Of a DNA stretch of 64,000 nucleotides, positions 37,484 through 51,055 are shown piece by piece. How positions within the stretch are numbered: the stretch's first letter is position 1; each line of letters begins with the position of its first letter. The stretch lies in assembly GCA_964188305.1 (NCBI GenBank), contig OZ076893.1; one strand, 5' to 3'. The translations under genes were made by a program, and so were the position numbers. This DNA is from Podarcis bocagei. Taxonomy: Eukaryota. Under the pieces are notes generated by a model. It saw only the letters and a program-made list of their open reading frames with translations. It was not told the DNA's origin and did not search any database.

Positions 37484-40400
37484 TGCCCAAACGGCGCCGT
37501 CCGCCCGAGCGCGGCGGTTCAGCAGCGAGGAGAGCCCCGTTTCCCCGGCCGATCGCGAGCGCTGCGCGCCTTGCCTTCGCCCGCTCGCTCGCTCGCTTGG
37601 AGAGAAGGGGCGGCCGCGCTTCCTGCGCCTCGACTGGCGATGGAGAGAGGAAAGAGATCCAAGGAGAGAGTCCCCAGGATGCGAGGGGCGGGCGGCTGCA
37701 GTGCAAGTCGACCCCGGGATCCGTTTTAGGGAGCCCATTCGGAAGGAAAGAGATCCAAGGAGACGGCTCTAGACCGGGAAGCAAGCTCCCGGGACCAGCC
37801 TTCTTCATTAGGCAGAGGGAGGCCTCAGGCGGCCCATTCGAGGTCTCGGGAAGAAGGCAGGGAAGTGCGCCTTCCTTAGTTTATTATCATGGCATCCTTG
37901 CATTTGTATTGCTGCTCCTTGGGATGAAAGGTGGTATATCAATTTAATTAATTAATAAAATACTTTCAGGGACGGGAAAATGATTTGGCTAGCCTGGGGT
38001 ACTATATGCATTTACTTTTTCAGGGGACAAAGGCCCGAGGGGCAGTTGTCCCCACCCTCAAAATCAAGTAAATAAATCAATAAATAATACTTAACTAAAA
38101 GCAGAACTTGCAGAAAGATTTTGGCAGATTTTTCTGAGCACTTGGGGTCAATAGAAAGTAATTTAAAGCAACTGTTGTGGAGACATTTCATTCCAAATCT
38201 GCTAGACAGAGCCAGACAGAGGATGATGACATGTGAGTGTCCTTGCCCTGCCCCTTCACACATAAATCCTGGCTGTATCCATGGACAGAGGTGTGTGATG
38301 ATGATGATGATGATATCGATATCCCACCATTCCTCCCAAGGAGCTCATGGTTCTCCCTTGCCATATGGTATCCTCACAACAAACCTGTGAGGTAAGTAAC
38401 TGGCCACAGGTCAAGCAGGGAGCTTCATAACCAAATGGGGAGGCCCATTGCGCTAACCGCCGCATGGCACTTACCCTGCCTTGGGCAGCAGAGCATTTCA
38501 AGCTGACCTTGAACACCCATCCTCCTCACCAAAAGACAGGGTGAGCAAGGAAGCTAGGGCTAATTGCAGAGTTTGGTGTTGTGGGGCAAGTGCCCTCAAC
38601 CCAGCCATGTGCACAATAATGGCAACAGGGCCTGCTGTTCAGGCTCAGCTGCTGTTCCCATGCCTAGGAAGCCAGGCGAGTGTGTAGGGTTTTCACTTGT
38701 GGAGGTACATCAGCCGTAAGGCCTGAGTCTCTCCATACAGGGCTCCTGCCGTGTTCCATTTGCTTGTTCTCTCTCTAGGGTGTCCACACAGGCCTCATAT
38801 CCACTCCCACAGTGCCCAAAGGGAAAGAGGAGATTTACCAGGAAGGAGAGCTTGTTTTGCGGGTAGCAGTAGTCAGGATTGGACCTGTGCCTCCCTACTG
38901 TGCCATATGGAGAAAAAGATAAATGAGGCAGTCTGGCATCACATATTTCATTCACTTTCCATGCACATTAACAGCACATGACTTCCTCCAAAGAATGGTG
39001 AGACTGTAGCTCTGTGAAGGGGGAAACCTACAGTTCCCAGGATTCTTTGATAGAATCCACGTGCTTCGAAGGTGCATTGGATATGCTTTGAATGGATGGA
39101 GTGGACCCATTGCCTGATCCAGCTGCACTCTTGTGGGACCAATTGCCCAGGAATAGGCACCAATCCTGCAAGCCACCTCTTGCTTGCCTGTACTGTCTCT
39201 GTGGGCAGTGCAGCAAAGGGGTCAGGCCCAGCCCAGCCCTCAGAGCTGCACTGAGGGCAGAAAGCATAGGTGAGGGCTTGCTTCTCGCTTCCACACCTTC
39301 ACTCTCTTTAGGTGCCCTGTTGATGGATAAATTGACACATGGCCCAACTGCACTGCCTATAGGGAAAAGGCAGAGGCAGAAGCAGCTACTTCCTCTAGCT
39401 TACATTCTCACCTGAAATCCCGGGGCATAGCAGGGCAGCCCCAGTCCTTTCCATCGCACCTCTAGAAGTAAGGTGTGACATGATAAGTGATGGGAGGCAG
39501 CTGCAACCACCACTCACTTGCTCACTTTTGTGGGCAGGGGAGCAGAAGCTGCCTTATGCCACCTGCCCTCCAAACAAACACACAGAGGAACCTAACCTTT
39601 CTGGAGGCTCTTGGGCCTCAGCAGGAGCTGGTCAGCACCAGTGGGCTTTCCTGAGATGCTGGGGTGGGAACAGCTGCTCCACAGTATGGAATTGCCAAAA
39701 GGTTTTCTGGTTCTTTTTCATGTAGAATTTATTTTTTAAAGCAACCACCCTTTCCTTTTTCTCCTTTACCTACCACTGTCATCTAGTCCTCCCTTCAAAA
39801 GAGTGAATCCAGATGGATCCAAAGCAATAGCAGAGAGTGGGTTTCCTCTGACAGAGAGGGAAAGGGACTGCAGTTAATCTGCCTCCTGGGGCTTGAAAGT
39901 GTGTTTAGACCAGAGGGTGAGAAAAGGTGAAAATCTCTGTGATATATATATATATATATATAAATATTTATATTAGAAGCAACACTCCTTTGAGCTGACA
40001 CAGAATGGCAAAGTCATGCAACTAATCAGAATTTAAGGCTGATCCTTTCTGCCTCTGCTTCTATTTTCCTTTGCAAAGAGTCTGTGTGCCTTCCCTTAAC
40101 ATTAACACCCAACCCCCCAATTCCACTCTTGACATCCACATTCTTCTTTATGGTGGTAGAAGAAGGACAAATGGATAGGCACCTGGGAGGGGAACCACAT
40201 TCTACTGTGGGCAAACTGGGGGGGGGTAGTGGTGGGTAGCCCAGGAGCAAAAGTGAGTAGAGTGGTAGATCTGGTTCTTACAATTCATTCAGTAGGCTAC
40301 ATTTCAGCCACTCGGAAGTCAGAAGTCTTGCAAACGCATCTTTCCATCCTTCATCCAAGCAAGCAAGAGGCATTATCACAGCTGGAGAAAACAACCCAGC

Positions 40401-41026
40401 CAAGGCAAAAGCGCTCAGGGAGGGTGCAGAACAATTCTGGTGGGGAGCGTAGCTTGGGGAGAACCAGTGTGGTCTTTGAAGGAAGTGTGGCCAGGGCTGG
40501 ATGTAGAGGCTTGGAGGGCTACATTTGGACGCTGGAATTATGGTTCCCCACCCCAGTTTAGCAGCTAGTAAAAAGCAGAGATGATGGCATCAGGTTTGGG
40601 CCATCAGCCTATGAGACTCTGTGAACCCTTTGTTTTACGTGGATGTTGAATCTGCAAAAAAGAAAAGGAAGAAAAAGCGGTGAACTTAGATTTTACTATG
40701 GCAGGTGCCAAGATTAAATTTTCCTCAAAGATTACTATTATTTGTTTATTCTTAATATCTCCTGTCCTTAAGAAACATGCATTACAACCACAGAAATCTC
40801 ATCGAAATAAACTTGGGCCTGCACTGCCTTTTGATTTGCCTTTTAGGCGCATTAGCCTTTTCTTCAAAGCTTTTGCATACTTTCAAAGAGCAAAGCTGTT
40901 ATGTAGATTTCTAATTAAATGTAGTTCTTTAATTCAAAGCACATTGTGAACTGTGGCAACAGTGATAACAAAATATCTCAAGAATAAAGCAATTTCCTTC
41001 TTTTAAGAATGAAAAAAGGGTAGGGC

Positions 41027-41027
<1 letters not shown>

Positions 41028-41058
<31 letters not shown>
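41028..41058. repeat. (TG)n microsatellite
   Basis: Seen directly. Confidence 0.95.
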
Positions 41059-41060
<2 letters not shown>

Positions 41061-41615
41061 TCCTAATCACTCAGAAAATCAAATATCATGTCAGTCTCAA
41101 ATTGTGTAGCTTTTGAAACATGAAATACAAACACTGGTATTTCTGTAAGGGTAAAAATCAAAGAGCAGCTTTATCACGATCTCTACCATATCTCCTAACC
41201 CTTTTTTGAAGTTTTGCATCTTTGATTAGGGGTTATGAGCAAAGACCAAAAGCACAACATTCTAGCACCATGAATTCAAGGACAGGTTTTTTTGTGGGTT
41301 TTTTGAAGAGGCAAGTAGAAGAAATCTCCCATCTCAAACCTGTGCATCCAAGGCCAAGGATGCAATATAATAGAATGCATTCAACCACAAAAAGCCTGTG
41401 ACATTCTTGTGCGTGCCTATGTAATTAACCACAGGAGCTGATTCTGTTCTTCATGTGTTTGTGTGTGAGTGTTAAGAAAAGTGGAATCTTAGACTAGCCA
41501 TTAAAGAGCAAGGCTGAAGGACTAAGACGTTTTCTGAGCAAAGGAAGGACATCGTTTGTGATGACCTCAGACTTGCTTTATTTATTAACTAAAGGCATTC
41601 CTGTGCCATCTTTTA

Positions 41616-42772
41616 TTTTATTTTTTAAAATAATTTTTATTAACAGGCCAATCACATCACATTAATTCCAAATCACAATAATTCCAAATTACACAGCCAA
41701 ATTTTTAAATTTTTTGTTGGGGGTACCCATGCTTCGAGCTCCAAAAGGGATCCGATCACATCTCTTGCTGCTGCTTTAATTACACAGTTCTGTCAAAATA
41801 ATATTCACAGTTCTGTTCAATCTTCTCTTTGTTGTTTTCCTCATCTTCTTGTTGTTATCTTTTTTCTTTGTGATCTCTGCTAATCTCCACAAGCGGGTTG
41901 AAGACAAACGTCGTTGTTTCCTGTGTGGATTTTACACTCATCCAAGAGCCATAAAAGTAGACAGACACCATTTCAACACCTCCGTACAAAACTTTCCGAC
42001 AGTCTGTCCTGATCTCCCCAGGCCTGCCGCTCCCTCATAAATTTTCTCAGGGGGCCCTGCTAGGCTGAACCCACACTCCAACATAGTAACAGCCATAGTC
42101 CTCCTCCCCCTGGATTCCTGCGGGCGGGCCTGCCATGATAAATCTCTTTTTCTGACTGCGTCACAAAGGACTTACTTTCGTTTCCCGATGCTCCCATAAG
42201 CCACGTCCTTGCATAGTAATTAATTTCCACACAGTTCTTATTCCTCCTGCTTGTGATCAGTAATTGCAACGATTCTTTTTTTTTTGGGGGGGGGATTATT
42301 GGGTACTCAAAAAAAGAAAATTTTTCTCCCCCCTCCTTTTCAGTCTTGCTCCGACATACCGATCCTTTATGAATCTTCTTCTTGATTTATTATTCTTCTT
42401 GATTTATTGTTAAGTCCAGCCCGTCGGTCCTCTTCCCAGAGATCCCTTTAGTTAGCAGTCCTTACTCCCGATCATCGCTTGAAGTATGTGTGTTTGCTTC
42501 TGTTCTGATTGTTTATTTTGAGCTCCCGCAACTAGCTGCGCAGATCAGAGACAGCGTCCAGGAGAGCCGACCCTCACGAGGGCTTTTGTGCCTAGTGCCC
42601 TCATCCCCTTTCGAATCTGGGGGTGAATTATGGGCACAGCAGGCAAGGCAGCGTTCCCCATTCCTTTGGGGTAACGAGGGAGGCTGCATACTTCCATAAC
42701 AGCCTAATTACCTCGTGTGAGCCGGAGAGATGGTATTGTCGGCCATCTTCCGATGCGCCTCCTAGCGGCCCC
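41616..42772 (-). mobile_element. Short non-autonomous L1-mobilised retroelement with intact 5' end
   Basis: 17-bp TSD tcctgtgcc(a/c)tctttta at 41599-41615 and 42773-42789, starting T/AAAA on the minus strand. AATAAA (41641-41636) and an A-rich tail. The 5' end carries AAGATGGCC (YY1), as L1 5'UTRs do. Confidence 0.78.
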
Positions 42773-42789
42773 TCCTGTGCCCTCTTTTA

Positions 42790-43370
42790 GGGCAGCTTGC
42801 AAGCATGACTGAAACAATGGAAGGTTCAGGAGAGAGTCTCTGTGATATGAGGTCACCACCAAAATGACCTGGTCTCTAGGGCTTGTCTGTCTTAGAGATC
42901 GATTGATATGGGTGCAGGTGGTCCTTCAGATCATCTGATCCCAAACCATTTATGAGTTTACTGGTAAAAAACAACAACAACAACAACCCTCAGCACTTTA
43001 AAGGAAACCCCAAAACAAATAGGCAGACCATGTGATTAGGACAGCATTGGTTCCATTGAATATCTAGCCCCCTTGAGCATTTGTGGCTGCATTCTGTGTC
43101 AGCGGAAGTTTCCAAACTATCTTTACACTGGGCTTATCCACGCTTCCGCTTGTCCTGTGCCTGGAAAGCACGGGTCTGAGTGGTTTTGTGTTTGTCCCAC
43201 AGCTTACCCCTGGGAAACATGCACTCTACCATTGAATCAGAACAAACAGCCATGGAAAACCTGGTTGCCATTTGGTCCGATTTAGTAGTGAGGCCAATGG
43301 AGGTGTGGGCAAACCCAAACAGTGTGATGCAGAGCATATTGCAGTAGTCTAGTCTGAATGGAACAGATGC
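42790..43370 (-). mobile_element. Old L2 LINE fragment
   Basis: Degenerate L2 3' motifs (aggtggtccttcagat...cccaaaccattt; attgcagtagtctagtct) like those in the other L2 copies here. Confidence 0.55.
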
Positions 43371-44525
43371 AGCTGAGGAATCTTCTCTTACTCATATTTG
43401 GATAATGGTACATAACATTAAGAGTACTTTCCATTGTCCAAAGCTCTTCAGATACGTTTTGCAGTAATCCTTACAGCATTCATATTAATCAGTACCTTTT
43501 CTGCACACATTTAGCCACTGCCATACACCTGCTCTAATGGCGTAGTCTCAGCCTCTATATCTGGCACTTTAGCTCACAAAGGAGCATGTAGGATTCAGGG
43601 GGCAGGCTTTTCATCCCTCAGACATCCTCACGCCAATACTACTGAGCTGTTTGTGCTCATGCAATCTGTCACATTTCCTGTGTGACTAGGCAGAGGAATA
43701 ACATAAGGCGAAGATTGTTAACACATAGATTGTGGTGATCAAATGCTCTGAACTGACATGGCTAGCCCCTAAAAATAAGCATTGAGTGAACATTCCCTGG
43801 GAGGTAGCAACTGTCATAATTTTGATGGACACCCTAGGGAAGTAGCTTTTGCAATTTGATCTGTGCATTTACATATTAGATACAGTATCAAAAAGAGAAA
43901 GGCAACATTGTAAGTAGTAGAAGCATTTCACAGTGCAATCTTCTTTTGTGTCCTGCAAATAAAATTACTCAGGAAATTGTCTTGGTAAATATTTGGTATA
44001 GTCACTAGCGCCAGATAAAATTGCTTGGTGCCAGATCAAGACTACAGGCCCTCAGATGGTCAACCAGAGTGTAAATGTTTATCTTATGAAGTATAATGCT
44101 AAGCTCAGAAATAACAAAATGGGTACTTTGTAAAAAATGTACATTTGGCACTTTCTGAACTTCCCAGCAACTCTTTACATATGTTGTCAGACATATGTTG
44201 TTTGATCTTGTGGTGTTTAGTGTCACTGGCTTCGGCCGTAATAAATCTTGACTTGACATATGTTGTCCCACACAGGGAGAATGGGCAAGGTTTGCCTAAA
44301 ATGGCCTGGTGGACACCTGAGTCTCAGTGGGCAGGAAACTCCCTACTACTGCTCTAGATATTTTGGACAACAACTCTCATCTTCCCTGACCATTGGCTTT
44401 GCTGAATGAGGCTGAGGGGAGTTAGAATCCAACAACATATGGAGGGCCACAGTCCCTTGTGAATGGGGTATTATTACAATCGAAGCCACAACATTACCTT
44501 TCTGGAAGGATATGTTCTCAGGAAG

Positions 44526-44710
44526 GCTGGCAACTTCAAGCCCGCTCTGTGGGGTCCATCTGCCTGCATCAGCACAACCTTCCTCTGCCCCAGCTATAAC
44601 AAAACATGTCTCTCCCATATTGGTCTCTGGAGCTTTCAACAGTTTCAGCAGTTTGACTTCGCCCCCAAAGGCACACTCCTCCATTGTCTCCTGAGATGGA
44701 TGCCAACAAC
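44526..44710 (+). mobile_element. RTE-clade LINE 3' fragment
   Basis: Encodes TFLCPSYNKTCLSHIGLWS, a degenerate RTE C-terminal CxxC...IGLxSH finger. Ends in (caa)n and is flanked by long direct repeats. Confidence 0.7.
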
Positions 44711-45551
44711 AGAGCCCCAGTCCCTCGTGAATAGGATATTATTACAATCTAAGCCATAACATTGCTTTTCTGGAATAGGAAGGATACATTCTCAGGAAGT
44801 TTATCTTTCCATCTGCCAGATACTCCATCAGAAGGATAGCAGGCATAGTGTTCCATGCTCTGCATAAGCATGACAGAAATATAACTAGCTCTAAGCGCAC
44901 ACACACAAACCCCACTCCCTTACTACGGCATTATGTGGAAGCCCAACTCTAAGTGTGCGACTTGAATATATGACCTTCCGTCTGAGAAAGGAGAATGCTT
45001 TCTATTTCCATAAGCATCCTGATATAACTATAAATCAAACACAGATCCACATGCTCTGACTCTCTTCAATCTACGCTTATTTCTTTCATTCACATTTCTC
45101 AAAAGAGCAGAAAACACCTGTCAAGAAAAGAGGGAAAACTTTCTAGCAACAAAGAACTCAACTTGATTGCCATTCACAGTCTATTATATAGTTCTATAGT
45201 GGAATTCACTTTACTGTTTCCTTGTCCCACTTCTCCATTAATTCATTAAACCTTGGATATTCTGCTGCAGCTACAACAAAATGTTTTATCATTGATTTAT
45301 TAATAGGAAGACGACTCCATGAATGTCTCTCACACTTGCCCTCTCTCTCTCTCTTGCTGTATATCATGCAATCTTTAATCATATAGATGTTGTTGGACTA
45401 CAACTATCAGCCCCATGGTCAAAGGTCCGGGATGATAAAAGTTGTAGTCCAACAATATGTCGAGGCACCACATTTGCTGTCCTTAGTCTAACACAATATT
45501 ATAAGTGCAGCCTTTTGTGCATTCATAGCTGACCAGTGAAGTGAATGAAGA

Positions 45552-45567
45552 AGCGCCCTCTGCTCAG
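45552..45567 (-). promoter_or_regulatory. Candidate CTCF site
   Basis: Minus strand ctgAGCAGAGGGCGCt matches the CTCF core, with the CpG retained in depleted DNA. Confidence 0.45.
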
Positions 45568-46938
45568 CATGAAGAAGACAGGGTTGTGCAAATTTCACAT
45601 GTATAAATGGTTAGTGCAAGCATATGCAAATTCAGAAGATACATGTTAGTTGTGTTGTAGACTAAGCTAGATTATTCTGACTGTCCTTTCCAGGCAGAAT
45701 ACGTATATGCCATTGTGGTATTTGACATATTACAATCTGTTGTTTATATTACCTGTTGGTTTCCAGATTAGAGCCGCATTCACATCATACAGGATACCAC
45801 TTCCTCCAGAGAATTATGGGAGCTGTAGCTTGTTAAGGATGCTGAGAGTTGTTAGGAGACCCCTATACCTCTCCCAGAGGTGCAATTCCAAGAGTTCCAC
45901 ATTGAGCGAGATTGATTATTAAACCACTCTGGGAATGTAGCCTGGGTGTGTCTCCAAACATCAACACGTCTGTAGAACAAATCCATCCCTATATATGTTA
46001 TGCTGTTATCATTCTATTTCACCTGAAAATGCACAACTGTCCTTTTTTTCAAATTTGTAGGAGTAAAGAAAAACAAAGGTCAAATAAAGGAACAGAAAGT
46101 GCTAACTGGACCTTGCCTGAGGCATTGAAATGCTGTATGGAGAAACTAGCATATGTTCTGTGATATATAAGTCTCATAGTCTCACTGTAGGAGCAAGACG
46201 AGGCAATTCCATCTTACTGTGGGGTAGCAGATCTCTTGTAGACAAAATGCTAAAGGTCACCTGTGTATGGAGAACCTTTAAGAAAGTACTGACTTTGATT
46301 CATTGTCTAAGGAATAGTAAAGACTACTTCTTGTACTTTAGGGCTAAATGTGGGTAGCAATGCATAACTGGGTCACTGCCTAGAGAAGCTTCTTGTCAGT
46401 CATGAGGACAGTGGCCATTTATGAAAGTTCCCTACTAGTTGTGGTAGGAAATGAGGAGCACAGATGAACTCCAGGGGTTGGTGGAGGGGTAATGCTGGCA
46501 AATAAAACATCCATGGAATGTGCCCACCAAATAAACAAGCTGCTTTCATTATGTTGATATACTTTCCCTCAGAGGAAATATTTACTTGTGTACCTTCTAT
46601 CTCATTTACAGCTCTTTTTGTGTTCAGGCACCACTGCTTCTGTCCATCTCATAAAAAACCACCTGCCCACATCCTTTAGGAAGCAATCTTATATATGTGT
46701 GTATATGTGTATAGGTGTGTATGTAGCTGTTGTAAAGCAAGTGTGTATGTTAAGCCAGTGTAAAATCACACTGGAGCCAAACTCCGTTCTGCAGGGCTAC
46801 TGTTAGCTGAACCAGCCTTAGTCTGGAAAGCAGAAAACAAGCCTTAAAAATAGTGCTTAAGTTGCAGTGCTTCTTTTGCTGGCTTAATTTACACCAGGTT
46901 GCCAGGTCCCATGACCATGCTCAACAGGTTTAGGATCC

Positions 46939-47075
46939 AGGCTTAGAACCCCCTCTCTCATCCTACCCAACAGGCTTAGAACCCCCTCTCTAGTCCAACC
47001 CCAAAAGGCTTAGAACCCCCTCTCTAGGCCCATCCCACCAGGCTTAGAACCCCTTCTCTAGGCCCACCCCACCAG
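46939..47075. repeat. Minisatellite, 33-34 bp x 4
   Basis: Units begin aggcttagaacccc at 46939, 46972, 47006 and 47040. Confidence 0.9.
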
Positions 47076-50000
47076 AACCTCATTGTCACATGCATACATT
47101 TGTTATTGGCTGCTATTCATGATGGGCCAACAAGATTCTGCCCTTCCAGCTCTACACTGTTTTGTAAATAGTTAAAACAAATGTTCTTTATGCCTCCAGT
47201 GGCTTTTCACTCCCTTAATACCTACCACAAAAGTAGAATTCACCACTAGTAGAGAACAAGCTGTTCCTGTTGCCGTGTGGATAGCTTCTACTTGGTGTTC
47301 CAGCCCGCCAGCCATGCCCATCTCCAGGTTACTCCATTCCATTCTCCCTTCCACCCATCTTTCCTTTCTTCTTCCCAACAGTCAGTGTTCCATGAGTACT
47401 GAACGTGTTCAATCCACAGTAATCTATTTCTGGTGTCCTCCTCTCTCTCCCCTTAGTTTTTATTTATTTGTTTGTACTTCTGCAGACTTTGGTGTTTCCC
47501 TGAACCTGATAATACTTTTATTCTTGTGCATGGATGGTGCTGTTTTGGCTACATAAACATCAGCACTTGCAGACAAAAATACACATGACCTATATGATGC
47601 TATTACTCTAAAGACCATGGCACAAGAGGTAAATAATGTGTGTAAAATCTTCAATATCTGCACATTTATACTTGTATAGGATGACAATATCCTCCTGTTT
47701 ATTTAAAACTGCATCTTGCCTTGCCCCCACCCCATCTTTGCCACTAATCTGTGTCAGCACATTTCCTTGTTATTTTTCTCTCTTTTTTGAGAGGGGTGGT
47801 CACAAAATGGTGGGATGGATGTAAGAATGGTTTTGTGTACAATATAGAATTTACTTTTCAGTCCTAAGGCCAACAATAGAATAGGTGCTTTTCTGAGCTG
47901 CAGATGCCTGCAGGAGGATAATATACCCACCAGTTACTCAGCTGCTTCATCTGTCATTTTTATGAAGGCATGTCATGGATGGACTGAGCAAAATTGCCTG
48001 TGAAAAGTGATGCAGGGAAGGGAGCAGCTAACCCCCTTCTCTCTCTGAGTTAGATAAAATTAGTGCTCATTTCATTTTCTTGTTTTGGAAAGTGTGAGAT
48101 GGAATGGAGCGGGGGGGAGTGGGATAGTCGTCAAGGAATTGGAGAAGGAACTTGTCTAAACAACAAGCACAAATAATAATAAAACAATAAGTCGTAAAAC
48201 TCACAGTACAAGTGTTACAACAGTGCTGCCACTCCTGAGCTATGATTAGCCAAGTCAAATTAATGAGAAAATTAAAAAGTAACAGATGTGAGCCCATGTT
48301 AAGCATAAATTTCTTCACACTTATTATTAAGTGTGTTTCAGATTAGGGCTGTCAAGAATCCTTTCACTGAGAGAATAAAAGCAAAAGGAGGCAGATTTAA
48401 CAGTTTCTGCAGTGTTATAGAGGCCACTTGGACTTTGTAATTGGCTAAAGAGTTCTTTCTGGACAATTTTGCCACAAACAGGAGGGAAATGGCAAAGGAA
48501 GGGGGACTCCCCCCCCTCTTATTTTCCTCATCAAAAGAATTCTGATAGACCCTCCATAAAAAAGAACCAACTGTGTGTGTTGGGAAACATGTCTTAACAC
48601 TTCTCTCTTGAAGCATTTCCCCCCACCCCCTTTTCTCATGCGTGTCAGTGCTTTCTGAAAAGATATTGTCCTCTGCCAAGGCACAACTGAAAGGCAACAG
48701 ATGTTGCTAAGATGGTCTTCTGTCCTGTTTCATTCCTAAAAAAAGAAAATGAGAGAAAGAGAGGCGAAAACCTTGCTTTAAATCACTGGAGCATTTTGTA
48801 CCTCGGCAAATCTGTTTGCACATGCTCCAGTGGCCTAGTAGAAAAGGCTGAGTCTTTTCACATTCAGCCCGAGGTCAGTCTTAATGCTCTGCTCACTGGT
48901 CCACGCTCCTTTCACATGGAGCAGCTGCCTCTGATTGCTAGAACAAATTGAGGTGATTCAGGCCACCAGCGGTGCCGGCGTGCAACTTCTGTTCCTCCAA
49001 AAGGAAGGGAAAGCCTTAGAACAGGACCAACTGGGGTTACCCACAATAAACCGTAGGATTAGATTTGATACACTCAAAATTAAGACATTCTCCTGTTGAA
49101 AAGTAGGCCATAATGACTTAAACTACAAGACAGTTACATGGAAGGGAGTGGTGCTTAAACATTTATTAAGTTACACCAAATTATTTCATGTGTGAATATA
49201 TTTAATTAAAAGGAGGTAAGGAGGGGAGAACTTGAGAATATGCCGAGCTGCAAATGGCAAAAGATACTGCAGAATTTCTTGTTGGCACACGTTAAATGTC
49301 TGTCTGGTTGTTGCTGCTGCTGCTGCTGCTTTCTCCTTTTACAGCATCTTTAGAATACTTGTTTGTTTGTGATTCCTCTTTTGTGATTCCTCATTTCTGG
49401 TTCCCAATTTTATTTTTCAAAAAAGTGACAAAGCACCAGCTCACATTGTTTTATCAGCTTGCTTAGTGCTTGGAAGAGACACACCACCAAATTGTTATAT
49501 AAAGGAGATGCAGCATTTGACAAAGGTTGGAAATTTGATGTGTTGACTTCCTTTTCAAACTTTTTTTTATTTACAGTTTAACATTCAGTCAGAGCTAAAA
49601 TTGCATGGTGCACTTCAGGAGACCGAAATGTAAGCCCTTGCAATTGAACTGGTGTGTAGCAAAGCTTCCGCAGATGATTGTAGTCAGACGGCATTCCTCA
49701 AATCCTGCCATTTCTGTCCCTGCTACAAATCAGCCCAGCAAATCTGTGAAGTGAGACCAGACATAACAGATTAATTAACACATCAATGGGCCACTGCTCC
49801 TCTCTAAAATGGCATCAGGGTATAGGAGGCCCTGGAGTCTGAACAGATATACAACAAAAAGAACTGTTCTCCTCCCTATTTTTGGCACTGAAGCAAGTGT
49901 GCTCCTATATACTCCACAACAGCAGAAAGCAGCCGCTGGAGTCATAAGCATTAACACAAACTCAAACACATCTTCTATCATTCCACCGGTACAGCCAGGG

Positions 50001-50934
50001 CTAGAATTTATGGCCACAGTCCATGCACGGGGCAGCAGATGATGGGGCCCCACATCTTAACTCTGGTTATGATCTGCCACATCTTAACTTCTTCATCCCA
50101 GTGGATGTAGGCTTAGGATTGTGTTGTTAGTTTCATACTACCCCATGAAATGGGGCTTGGCAAAAATCTTGAGAATTCTGTGATGAATTTAAAAGGAGTT
50201 TGCCTTATTATAATATTGAAATAAGTTAATTTCACCCACATGGTGAAACTCCGCCTTGGCTGAATTCAGTTGGAAATTTGACCTTCATCCCTAGCATTTT
50301 TTATGTTTCAGGTGTGGAGGGGGGGAATATTAGAAAACTGATGACTCAAGACTGTTCTTTGAGTAAACAGCAGTTGACCTATCCTTCTGAAATTGAATCA
50401 GGAATTTTGTAAGTGAATTCAAGAGATGATTTTTTTTTTTGGGGGGGGAGGGAAATTGTCAGATTTATTCCAGTAGCATTTTACAAGTTAAATCAATGAG
50501 GCCACACCACTTTGCAGTGCAATAGATACTGAATCAATACAACTACACTACTTAGTAGCAAATTAGAAGGTCAAAACTACAATACACAGCACAGATAACG
50601 AATACAAAACCTGCATAGAGTATATAAAGTGCCTAAAACGATTGTAACAGAGGAGTATCTATTGCATATGCTAGAAATTATTTTCTAAAATAAATACCTC
50701 AATTATTTTAAAACTGGCAAAGGCTTGTATTTGAATAATGATATGTTGCTTTTTTTAGAACTGTGTTACACTGTCCGATTCCTGGCTTATAAATAGTTAT
50801 TCTAAAGATGGACAAATTTCCCAGAAGTTGCTAAGTACAATTGCTGGGAAACAGGCCGGTGTGAGCCTGTGTTTCTCCAAACCGTATGCCCCTCAACACA
50901 GAGTTTTGTGTGCATTCTGGTGCTTATGTATGAA

Positions 50935-51055
50935 TCATAAGAAGATAAGATGAGTCTCCTGGAGCAGGCCAATGGCCCATCTAGTCCAGCAACCTGTTCT
51001 CAAAGTAAGCAACCAGATGCCTGTGGGAAGCCTGCTATCTGGACCTGAACACAAC
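50935..51055 (-). mobile_element. CR1-type 3' end fragment
   Basis: cataagaagataaga...ggcccatctagtccagcaacctgttctc. Confidence 0.62.

Larger units (their letters stand above)
36420..37870. promoter_or_regulatory. CDH7: CpG island / CDH7 promoter
   Basis: The only long GC- and CpG-rich tract in a CpG-depleted window. It lies ~11 kb 5' of the coding exon on the minus strand and contains strong minus-strand splice donors. Confidence 0.88.

Noticed and set aside
36685-37947. 420-aa plus-strand ORF and other long ORFs over the CpG island
   Set aside because: The R/A/G/P/S-rich translation has no recognisable domain. Several frames are open on both strands because GC-rich DNA lacks stop codons.
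46939-47075. CRISPR-like repeat/spacer look
   Set aside because: The spacers are short and similar to each other, the context is a vertebrate genome, and there are no cas genes.
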